Shown here: positions 19,675-28,600 of the stretch, piece by piece | Numbering within the stretch: the stretch's first letter is position 1 | How the letters are laid out: every line of letters begins with the position of its first letter | Source of the DNA: an uncultured Chitinophagales bacterium | Lineage (GTDB): Bacteria > Bacteroidota > Bacteroidia > Chitinophagales > JAHDHT01 | Reading direction: 5' to 3' | Assembly: GCA_938023075.1 (NCBI GenBank) | Contig: CALHDG010000024.1 | Span: forward strand, 2,050 to 66,049 | Length of the DNA stretch: 64,000 bases | The notes under the pieces: generated by a model | Database searches by the model: none | The model's input: only the letters and a program-made list of their open reading frames with translations | Told to the model about the DNA's origin: nothing | Program-made: the position numbers and the translations under genes

Positions 19675-21000
19675 ATGAATCATTTAAAACAAAAAGCCAA
19701 AGAAATCCTAAGCAACAATTGGCGAAATGGCTTTACCATTCCAACTGCCAAACTATACCCCTTTCAGTGGAATTGGGATAGCGGTTTTGTTGCCATGGGC
19801 TTTGCGCAATATGCCGTAAAACAAGCCATGCAAGAGTTGCGCAATTTATTTAGTGGACAATGGCAAAACGGAATGTTGCCCCACATTATATTTCATAGCG
19901 AAACGGAAAATACGTATTTCCCTAATTGGGATTTTTGGGAAACCAGTGTCAATGCCGGTGCTTCTCAACAACCCAAAACTTCGGGTATTACCCAACCGCC
20001 GGTTCATGGTTTTGTGTTAGATTTTATATTGAATTTGCATCAAGATGATGAGGAAGTGAAAGCCTTCGCTAAAGAGCTCTATCCAAAAATAATTAACTAT
20101 CATCGCTTTTTGTACAACTACCGCGACCCTAAAAAAGAAGGCTTGTTTTTTATTTATCACCCTTGGGAATCTGGCAGAGATAACTCACCCATTTGGGATG
20201 AAAGTTTAAACCGCCTTGTAATTGATGAAGCAAAATTACCAAACTATGAAAGACGAGATACCAAAGTAGCGGATGCCAGCGAAAGACCAACTAAAGATCA
20301 ATACGACCGGTATGTGTATTTAATGCAGTTGGGCAAAAGGCATCAGTACGACGGTGAAGGCATTGCCAAAGAAAGTCCTTTTTTAATTCAAGATTGTATG
20401 ATGAATGCCATCTTAATACAAGCCAATAAAGGTTTAGTAAATGTGGCGAAACAAGTAGGTTTGGATTTTGCCGAAGTAGAAGCATGGTTGCAACAGGGTG
20501 CAGCGAGCTTTCAACATAAATTTTGGAATGAAGAAAAACAATTTTATCTTACTTATGATTTACGAGGAGAAAAACAGATTGCCCATAAAGATATAGGTGG
20601 CTATATTCCATTGTTTGCCGGCTTGCCCAATGCAACACAAGCCAATCATCTTACCCAAAAATTAAACGACATTAAAGAAAAAGGCTTTTACCTGTGTCCG
20701 AGTTTTGATATTGACAGCCCGTTGTTTGATAGTAAACGCTATTGGCGCGGTCCGGTTTGGCCTCATATGAATTGGATGTTGTATCAAGGCTTGTTACAAT
20801 ACCAACAAACTGAATTAGCTAAAACTGTTTTAAATGATACCTTAGCCTTAGTAGATCAAGTAGGTTTTTATGAATATTTTGAATCACAAAAGAATAAATA
20901 CGATCAGTTAGATCATGGATTTGGGGGTAATCATTTTTCGTGGTCGGCTTCTACGGTGTTGAATTTTTTGGAAGAAATTGTCAAAATGAGTTATTTTTAA
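19675..21000 (+). CDS. GH63-like (MGH1-like, mannosyl/glucosylglycerate hydrolase-type) glycoside hydrolase
   Basis: 441 aa with motifs FQWNWDSGFVAMGF, YHPWESGRDNSPIWD and RYWRGPVWPHMNWMLYQGL, typical of the (alpha/alpha)6 GH63/MGH1 group. Confidence 0.75.
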   Translation: MNHLKQKAKEILSNNWRNGFTIPTAKLYPFQWNWDSGFVAMGFAQYAVKQAMQELRNLFSGQWQNGMLPHIIFHSETENTYFPNWDFWETSVNAGASQQPKTSGITQPPVHGFVLDFILNLHQDDEEVKAFAKELYPKIINYHRFLYNYRDPKKEGLFFIYHPWESGRDNSPIWDESLNRLVIDEAKLPNYERRDTKVADASERPTKDQYDRYVYLMQLGKRHQYDGEGIAKESPFLIQDCMMNAILIQANKGLVNVAKQVGLDFAEVEAWLQQGAASFQHKFWNEEKQFYLTYDLRGEKQIAHKDIGGYIPLFAGLPNATQANHLTQKLNDIKEKGFYLCPSFDIDSPLFDSKRYWRGPVWPHMNWMLYQGLLQYQQTELAKTVLNDTLALVDQVGFYEYFESQKNKYDQLDHGFGGNHFSWSASTVLNFLEEIVKMSYF

Positions 21001-21058
21001 CAAATTTACTTTGTACTTTTTAGTATTTTTGAAGATTAAGAAATTAATTTCTAATTTA

Positions 21059-21718
21059 ATGTTAAAAGATTTTAGCAAACCAGTACCGGAAATAGCATTA
21101 TTTATAATATTTGATGGTGCTTTCAACCCATTAATGTTTGATAAATATTGGTTTGCTAAAAATAAACTCATTGGAGAGTTAGAGGCTGAGAATTTAGATG
21201 TTGAATTTCTTTCCGAAAGAGGCGTTTCTTTAGGATTTGATTACTGCGAATTCAGAGCTTATAATGAAAGAATTATATTCAAAATAGATCAAACCGCTTT
21301 TTTGCCACAAACAATTGATTTAATTAAAGGGGTTTTACTCAGTCTAAAAACTATACCAATTGGTGGTGCAGAATTTCATATTTACCCTCATTTTGATTTG
21401 CACGAAAAAAATGAGGTTAATAAATTTTTTAATAAATTATCACCAAAGTCTTTTTGGGATAATTTACTAACTGATACAGAAATTAATAATATTGAGCTAA
21501 TACATAAAAAGAGAGAAAAATACTCTTATGAATTAAATATAGAAATATCCAAGTGTCCTAAATCTGAAAAACTTATTCATTTATATTTGAGAGATATTTA
21601 CAAGTATAATGAGGATAAGCTAAATGCAAAAGAGATAAATGAATTTATAAATGAAGAAATTGTAAAATCATTCAACCATTCAATTGATATAATAAATAAA
21701 TTTACCGATGTTAGTTAG
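21059..21718 (+). CDS. hypothetical protein, first gene of a coupled 3-gene module (possibly TIGR04255-like)
   Basis: ATG at 21059 (the ORF-track start 21011 is TTG). N-terminus MLKDFSKPVPEIALFIIFDG... No motif I can assign with confidence. The stop overlaps the next start by 11 nt. Confidence 0.6.
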   Translation: MLKDFSKPVPEIALFIIFDGAFNPLMFDKYWFAKNKLIGELEAENLDVEFLSERGVSLGFDYCEFRAYNERIIFKIDQTAFLPQTIDLIKGVLLSLKTIPIGGAEFHIYPHFDLHEKNEVNKFFNKLSPKSFWDNLLTDTEINNIELIHKKREKYSYELNIEISKCPKSEKLIHLYLRDIYKYNEDKLNAKEINEFINEEIVKSFNHSIDIINKFTDVS

Positions 21719-22235
21719 TCAATGTAAAAATAGAGATTCTGAAATAAAAGACTGTTCTTTCCCATTATCCAAAGAAAATGAAAGTTTTTGGAATAATGAG
21801 TTAGTAAATGACATTGAAATTAGTTCGACAGAAAATTGCAAAAGTGAAAATGACGAACATTATAAAAAAAATCATGTAAACAAATTAAATTGTCGAAGGA
21901 ACAAATCTAAAATATATGACATTATAAAAGATTGGGAAGGCTGTATCACTAAAATTGACGGAGAAGATATTTATGCAAAATTATTTGATAGTGCGGATGA
22001 AGGATTTAGTATCTATGAATTTACTTTAGATGAAGTAAGTGAAGATGATTTATCACTTCTCAAAAAAGGAGCTCTATTTTTCTTATATATGGGGTATTAT
22101 ACTAATGAAAAAGGCACAAGAATGAAAACATCTCACTTAAAATTTAGAAGAATACCAACAGAACAAATTGATGAATTTATTGATGAAGGACTTGACACAA
22201 TTAACCACTTGGATCTTTCAGACGTTTGGAAATAA
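21708..22235 (+). CDS. hypothetical acidic protein, second gene of the module
   Basis: 175-aa ORF with ATG 21708 inside the 3' end of the previous gene. No recognisable domain. Confidence 0.55.
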   Translation: MLVSQCKNRDSEIKDCSFPLSKENESFWNNELVNDIEISSTENCKSENDEHYKKNHVNKLNCRRNKSKIYDIIKDWEGCITKIDGEDIYAKLFDSADEGFSIYEFTLDEVSEDDLSLLKKGALFFLYMGYYTNEKGTRMKTSHLKFRRIPTEQIDEFIDEGLDTINHLDLSDVWK

Positions 22236-23338
22236 ATAAACCTCCTGCTGTTTCAGAGTTAGAAATCTCCATTCTTGGTGGAGGTAAATCTTATGGTGAA
22301 TCTTTGGTATTGCATTTAGGGAATAACGAATGGGGCGTAATTGATAACTGCAATAATCAAAAAACAAGAAAACCTCTTGCTTTAGAATACTTAGATAAAC
22401 TGAATGTACCTTATGAAAAGGTTGTTTTTATCATTTGTACACATTGGCATCAAGACCATATCACCAGAATAACATCTCTCTTCAAACAATGCCCCAATGC
22501 CGAATTCTATATTTCAGATGCTTTAAACTGTAAAGAGTTTGAGCACTATATTTGTTTAAAAAGCAACATCAAAAGTAATTTTAATGCAGCAGGTGAATTC
22601 AAAAAATTAGTAGAATATGCTCAAACATCAAATAGGAAACTTACCCGCGTTACTCAAGACCAACTTCTTTATAAAAACGTTTTTGAAGGTAAGGATATTG
22701 AGCTATTTACTTTATCGCCAAATGAAGCAACTAAAAAATATTTTGAAAAATCGCTTAGCAACTTTTTAGCAGAACCAACTGACTTATCAACTGTTGCAGT
22801 TAAGCCAGAACCCAATTTACAATCAATTGTTTCCCTATTGAAAGCAGGTTCACATACTTTTTTATTGGGTGCAGATATGGAAGTAGTTGCAGATAATGAC
22901 TTGGGTTGGAAAGGAGTAATAAATAGTAAAGCTCTTACCAACTCAAATAAAAGTATATATTTTAAAGTTCCTCATCATGGTTCAGAAAATGGCTATGATG
23001 AAGCTATTTGGAATAAGTTAGTACTTAAGGACGACTCAATCGTAACGACCACTTCTATCATTACAGGAAAAACTACACTTCCTACAAAACAGATGACCAA
23101 AACAATTTGTGATTTTTCATATGATTTTTATATCACTTCAAATCCAGTAGAAACGAAGACAATTAAGCATCCAAGCAAAATTCAAAAGTTTATAAATTTC
23201 CAAGGTATAAAAATTACTAAAATACCTTTTGAATTTGGCCAGATAAGATTTAGATTAAATATTAGAGATTCCTCAGCAAAACCAACAACAGAATTGTTTG
23301 GTGCAAGTATTAAAGTAGATTGCGCAAATAATTCTTAG
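22226..23338 (+). CDS. MBL-fold metallo-hydrolase (ComEC/Rec2-type lactamase_B domain)
   Basis: HxHxDH motif (CTHWHQDHI), later LLGADME and the ComEC-type KVPHHGSENG. The only in-frame start near the 5' end is TTG 22226, overlapping the upstream stop by 10 nt. Confidence 0.7.
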   Translation: MEINKPPAVSELEISILGGGKSYGESLVLHLGNNEWGVIDNCNNQKTRKPLALEYLDKLNVPYEKVVFIICTHWHQDHITRITSLFKQCPNAEFYISDALNCKEFEHYICLKSNIKSNFNAAGEFKKLVEYAQTSNRKLTRVTQDQLLYKNVFEGKDIELFTLSPNEATKKYFEKSLSNFLAEPTDLSTVAVKPEPNLQSIVSLLKAGSHTFLLGADMEVVADNDLGWKGVINSKALTNSNKSIYFKVPHHGSENGYDEAIWNKLVLKDDSIVTTTSIITGKTTLPTKQMTKTICDFSYDFYITSNPVETKTIKHPSKIQKFINFQGIKITKIPFEFGQIRFRLNIRDSSAKPTTELFGASIKVDCANNS

Positions 23339-23430
23339 TTATTAAACCAACAAACGTGAGCTATTTTGACCATATCGTATTTGACACCTACTGTTTCTAA
23401 GCGTCCTTTTCAAAACCAAAAATATAAATT

Positions 23431-25080
23431 ATGAATTGGCTCGACTATAGTATAGTTTTAATATATATCCTATTATTTTTAGTAATAGGATACTTGTTTA
23501 AAGACAATAAAGATTCAAAAGATTACTTTCTGGGCGGTAAGAGCATGGGATGGTTTCCTTTGAGTTTATCTACCATGGCTACTCAATTATCGGCTATTAG
23601 TTTTGTATCTGCGCCAGCATTTGTTGGGTTAAAATTAAATGGTGGTATGAAATGGCTAAGCTTCGAATTTGCCGTTCCATTAGCTATGATTTTTATTATG
23701 GTTGCCATTATTCCGCCATTGTTTAGATCGGGTGTAGTAAGTATTTATGAGTTTGTTGAAAAGCGTTTTAGCACGTCAACCCGTTTAATTTTGAGTATCG
23801 TATTTCAAATTAGTCGATCGCTTAGTACGGGCGTAATGGTTTACATCACGGCTATTATTCTTCAATCGGTTTTAGATGTAGATTATGTGTACACCATCTT
23901 AATCATAAGCATCATAACCATTATTTATTCGTGGCAAGGTGGTATGAAAGCGGTGGTTTGGGGAGATGCTCTTCAAATGATTATCTTATTTACAGGACTA
24001 ATTATTTGCTTGTTTTACGGGTGGAATTTATTGCAAGAATTTGGAGGCTTGGCTGAAGGATTCAATCCAGAAAGATTACAAGTAATTGATTATAATTTAG
24101 GCATTGGGGAAGGCAATGAATATGGTATTTTGCCTATGCTAATTGGAGGGTTCTTTTTATATGTCTCCTATTATGGATGTGATCAAACACAAGCGCAACG
24201 TTTACTTTCAGCAAAAAATGAAAAAACTATTCGAACCTTGCTTATGGCAAATGGCTTGTTTCGCTTTCCTGTTGTTTTAGTCTATTGTTCGATGGGTTTA
24301 ATTCTTGGAGGCTTATTGACCGCTGCTCCAGATTTTTTAGATCAAATTGCAACAACTACACAAAAACACTTTCCAGAGGATTATGCGGCAAACGGTATAA
24401 AAGCGGATCTAATGGTTCCGGTTTTTATTATTAAATATTTACCACACGGATTAATAGGCATTTTAATGATAGGCATCATGTCAGCAGCCATGTCGTCTTT
24501 AAGTTCAACGGTTAACTCCTTATCAGCCGTAACGGTAGAAGATTTTTTTAATCGCGGTGCTAAAAAGGGAACCTATTCCCCCAAACAATATATGCTAATT
24601 TCAAAAGGAGCCGTAGTGTTTTGGGGAGCCATTTGTATTGCTGCTTCCTTTTTGTTTGGTGGAAGTAAAAGCGCAGTAATTGAAATTATTAATGCCATTG
24701 GTTCGGTTTTTTATGGTCCGGTTTTGGTAACTTTTTTATTGGCTTTCTTCTCTAAAAAAGTCAATCATATTGGTATGAATGTAGGCATTATTGCCGCAGT
24801 TTTAATCAACTTAATCTTTTCAAAAACTATGCAAGAAATTTTCAACATTGATTTAGGTTTTGATATTTTTTGGATTTGGTTAAACTTCACCGGTACAGCT
24901 TTAGCTTTAATTATAGCTTATGTAGTGTCTATGTGCACTAAAAATATTCCAGTTAAAAAAGTCTCTATGGATTTTTCATTAAAAAAATCGGACTTTATGA
25001 TTAAAGAGGTGTATATTTTATTAGGCTTTTTTGTTGTTATATTAGTCTTTAGTTATTTCGTGCCTTCCATTTTTGGGTAG
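23431..25080 (+). CDS. sodium:solute symporter (SSF family)
   Basis: 549-aa polytopic protein with typical SSS N-terminus (DY...GGKSMGWFPLSLSTMATQLSAISFVSAPAF) and conserved GG(M/L)KAV.W.D..Q. Confidence 0.9.
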   Translation: MNWLDYSIVLIYILLFLVIGYLFKDNKDSKDYFLGGKSMGWFPLSLSTMATQLSAISFVSAPAFVGLKLNGGMKWLSFEFAVPLAMIFIMVAIIPPLFRSGVVSIYEFVEKRFSTSTRLILSIVFQISRSLSTGVMVYITAIILQSVLDVDYVYTILIISIITIIYSWQGGMKAVVWGDALQMIILFTGLIICLFYGWNLLQEFGGLAEGFNPERLQVIDYNLGIGEGNEYGILPMLIGGFFLYVSYYGCDQTQAQRLLSAKNEKTIRTLLMANGLFRFPVVLVYCSMGLILGGLLTAAPDFLDQIATTTQKHFPEDYAANGIKADLMVPVFIIKYLPHGLIGILMIGIMSAAMSSLSSTVNSLSAVTVEDFFNRGAKKGTYSPKQYMLISKGAVVFWGAICIAASFLFGGSKSAVIEIINAIGSVFYGPVLVTFLLAFFSKKVNHIGMNVGIIAAVLINLIFSKTMQEIFNIDLGFDIFWIWLNFTGTALALIIAYVVSMCTKNIPVKKVSMDFSLKKSDFMIKEVYILLGFFVVILVFSYFVPSIFG

Positions 25081-25087
25081 AAAATTG

Positions 25088-25115
25088 TAGAGGTCGCAAT
25101 CCTTGCGACCTAAAT
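25088..25115. repeat. REP-like palindrome (family B)
   Basis: tagaggtcgcaa-tcc-ttgcgacctaaat. Its reverse complement recurs at 36525-36552, differing by one nucleotide in the loop. Confidence 0.6.
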
Positions 25116-25456
25116 TTTGCTGGCAATATTTTTGATTATAATGTCTAAATCATTTGAGTACGTAACAAATTAGGTGCAACCTACTCCAAAACCCACCGGC
25201 GTCATCTCGGAAAATGTGGAGAGCAACGGAACATTTCTCCGGGATCTCTCCTAAAGCTTTGTCCCACTAAGGTAAAAGACTTGGTGGATGTTTAGGCGAG
25301 ATGCCGGATAATCTGCTCCGCAAGCTACACAGATTTCCGGCATGACGTTTGTTTGGCTTACCTTTATTGAGTGTCAATTATCTTGATAAACTCGTCGCTT
25401 TAGACAAATTTATCTAAACCATAAAGTAGTTTAACACTTTTGCATAATTTTTTTTT

Positions 25457-25588
25457 GAAGCGAAACGATCAGCTTTTCATATAGGGTAGTCCCGCTTTCC
25501 GCTCAAATGCCATTTGCCTGCGCTTCAATGCCCCTCAAAATGGCATAACCGCTGCAATCGGGGCTAGTTTAAAAACTTCGGTTCTTCG
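25457..25588 (+). repeat. family-A intergenic structured element
   Basis: gaagcgaaac...gtcccgctttccgctcaaatgccattt...aaatggcataaccgctgcaatcggggctagtttaaaaacttcggttcttcg. Confidence 0.75.
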
Positions 25589-25669
25589 TTGAAAGAAAAA
25601 CAAGCGACACTCAAAAAATAGAAAAGTATCAATCACTTTAATAAATTTGCCAGAGTTATGTATTTTATT

Positions 25670-28600
25670 TTAATGAATAATCATTTTTTGGGTTTTGATG
25701 GAATTCGCATTTTGTAGCTGTATCATATACATACCTTTAGCTATACCCGTTAAATCAACTTCCATTTGAGTTTGATGACTTTCAACTGCAAGACTTTGTA
25801 ACAATTCTCCATCTATACCAAAAATATGGATGTTTTGAGCAGGCTCAACTAATTCTACCATAAACTTTCCTTGGCTTGGATTCGGATAAACTTTAAATGC
25901 CTCATCTATTTTTAAAGCCTTTAACGTTTCCTGTGTATTATCTTGTTCTTTATTTATGACATTACCTTCACAAGACCAAACGGTGCTTGCTTCGGAAAAA
26001 CTATACAATCCTAAACAAGAATAGCCGGGGGCATCTGCGCAATAGAAAGTACCATCTTGATAATATAATGATCCGTTATTATTGTATTGTATATAAATAA
26101 AGCTATAAGAACCTAAATCAAATTCACTAATGGAAGTACCTGGGTCGCAACCTGTTTCATTGATCAATTCATTTAGCCAAACATATTGATCAAACATCTC
26201 TGCACTAGTACAAGCTCCTTCATAAGCAACTGTTGTGCCGGCGCTTTCTGCAAGGCAAGCATTATCATAGGTGTTTCCGTCGCTTCCGCAAACCGGCTCT
26301 AATACATCGGGGCAATCAATTGTATTGCGGCAACCTGTAGTTGCTGTTGGATTAGTAAAACCATAAACTTCTACACAAGAAAACCCTGTTGCATCAGAAC
26401 AATAATAAGTGCCATCACCTAAATATAAATTACCCTCGTTATTAGCCAGCACATGAACAAAGCTGTATGAACCGAAATCATACTCCGTTATTTCGTAACC
26501 CGGTGTACAATTATCTGGATCAATAATTGAGCTTAGCCAATCGTATTGATTAAATAATGCCCGATTGTTTTGAGTAGGCGGTACAATAATACAGTTGGAT
26601 ACATCAATGGCGATTCTTTTAGCCGCTACATCTGCCAGATACCGGTCATATACAAAAGCAGATAATAAGCCGTTTTCTGCATCGGCAACATTGCCTGTGT
26701 AAACAATGGTTTCGCCTTCATTAAAATCAATAAAATCAATTTGCCCATTTGCTTGGGTATGATAAATACCATAAGCACCGCTTAAAGCACCTGTGGCAGA
26801 AATTTCAATAGTAAATGAACCATCGTCCATACAATTTAGCTCACCGTAGCTCACCTCAACATCATCGTTCGGTCCTGCATCCGTTTGATTGCAAGTCCAT
26901 CTGCTCACCTCATTAGTTAAACCATAAACCTCTAAGCAAGAATAATCTGCTCCATCTGTACAATAGTAAGTACCATCTTGATAATACAATTCACCAGCTC
27001 CATTAGGCCATTGAATATGTACGAAACTGAATGACGCGGACCAAGCATATTCTGCAACGCTTATTCCGTTTTGGCAAGAACCATAAGAGAAAATAAATTC
27101 ATTTAACCAAGAGTAAGTATTTAGAATAGCGGAATTGTTATCGGTACATTCTCCAACATAAGCAACATCAACTCCCGCACAAGCTGCTTCACAATCGTTT
27201 CCATAGGTTTTACCATCCACACCACAAACCGGATCGTATAAGGCAATGCAAATACAATCTTCTTCGCATTCACCTTCTTGAGCAATGTTAACACCTTCAC
27301 ACTCGGCTTGGCAAGCATTCGCATAAGTTACACCATCAACTCCGCAAACCGGTTCGTACACATCATCACAAGCACAGCCTTCATCAACTGTTCTTATGCA
27401 AATGATTTCCACTCTTTGAGCATCTGGACAAGGTGAACCAATAGGAACGCTTCTATAAGTCAATTCAACAGTTTGCCCATCTCGTAGCGTAAAGCCATCA
27501 GGTACTGTAGCTGGATATAAAATATCTTCAAGCAATTCAATAACTAAACCACAACCTTCTGTATCTGAGCGATCTTTAACCACGCCGGTATGTTCATATT
27601 CACAAGGTTTAGTCCAAATTAAATTTTCTTCATTAGTTAAATGATTGATTTGATCAAAACGATCATAACAAGCCTCTACAAATATGGTTTCTCCACCAAT
27701 TGAACAAGCGATTCCCGTATTACAATTATACAATACATTTGGAGCATCAATAAATTCACACAATGTTTGAATGTATATAAAAGATTCGCCTTCAAAATCA
27801 AAAGCATAAATGCCTCCGGTGCAAGTTTCATCTTCAATAGCTCGTTGAACCATCTCTAATTCAAACGGATCAGCACAATTCGTTTCATTGTAAGTCCAAA
27901 TAACTGTCGAGTTTCTCGCCGCTTCTATCACCTCATCATTACAAAAGTTAGGATCATCCGGTGGGAAAAATCCAACCTGACAAATTAAATCTCCTTCGCA
28001 GTTATAATAATTAGATGGTGCATCGGTAGCGCAAGCAAGATTTGGCGGATAACCAGGATTAGTAACAAAATGTTGAGTTCCCTGATAGGTAAACGTTTTA
28101 ACTTCAGCAATTAAACAACCACCATTTTGTATAATCAAATTTTGTAACCACGTCCATTGTAAGGGATCACCTGAGGAGCAATTAAGTTCTACTCTGCTAC
28201 ATGCTCCTTCGTTGGCAATTTCAACGCCTGCACAAGCGGCTTCGCATGAGTTGCCATAGGTTACTCCGTCAACACCACAAACCGGGTCGTAAACAGCCGG
28301 GCAAATACAGGGCTCTTCGCATGCACCCTCGTAAGCCACTTCTATACCGGCACATGCTGCTTGGCAGGCATTACTGTAAGTGATGCCATCTAGCCCACAA
28401 ACTGGAGTATAATCGGCATCGCAACCACAATCATTATCTGGCTGCCAAATAATATTTTCATCAATAATTAAATTGGATACCTGATAATAAAGTTCATCAC
28501 AACCTTCTACCGGAATTGTAAAACCTCCAATACTGCAAGCCAAGCCTGTATTGCAATTATAAAGTCCGTCGGGTAGATCTGATGCCAGGCAAGCAGATTT

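Noticed and set aside
16861-23338. Integrated mobile element or prophage inserted at the tRNA
   Set aside because: No integrase, recombinase, phage structural or conjugation genes are present. The only repeat pair (19392/19532) does not flank the segment, and a likely housekeeping GH63-like gene interrupts it. I report it only as a possible accessory patch.
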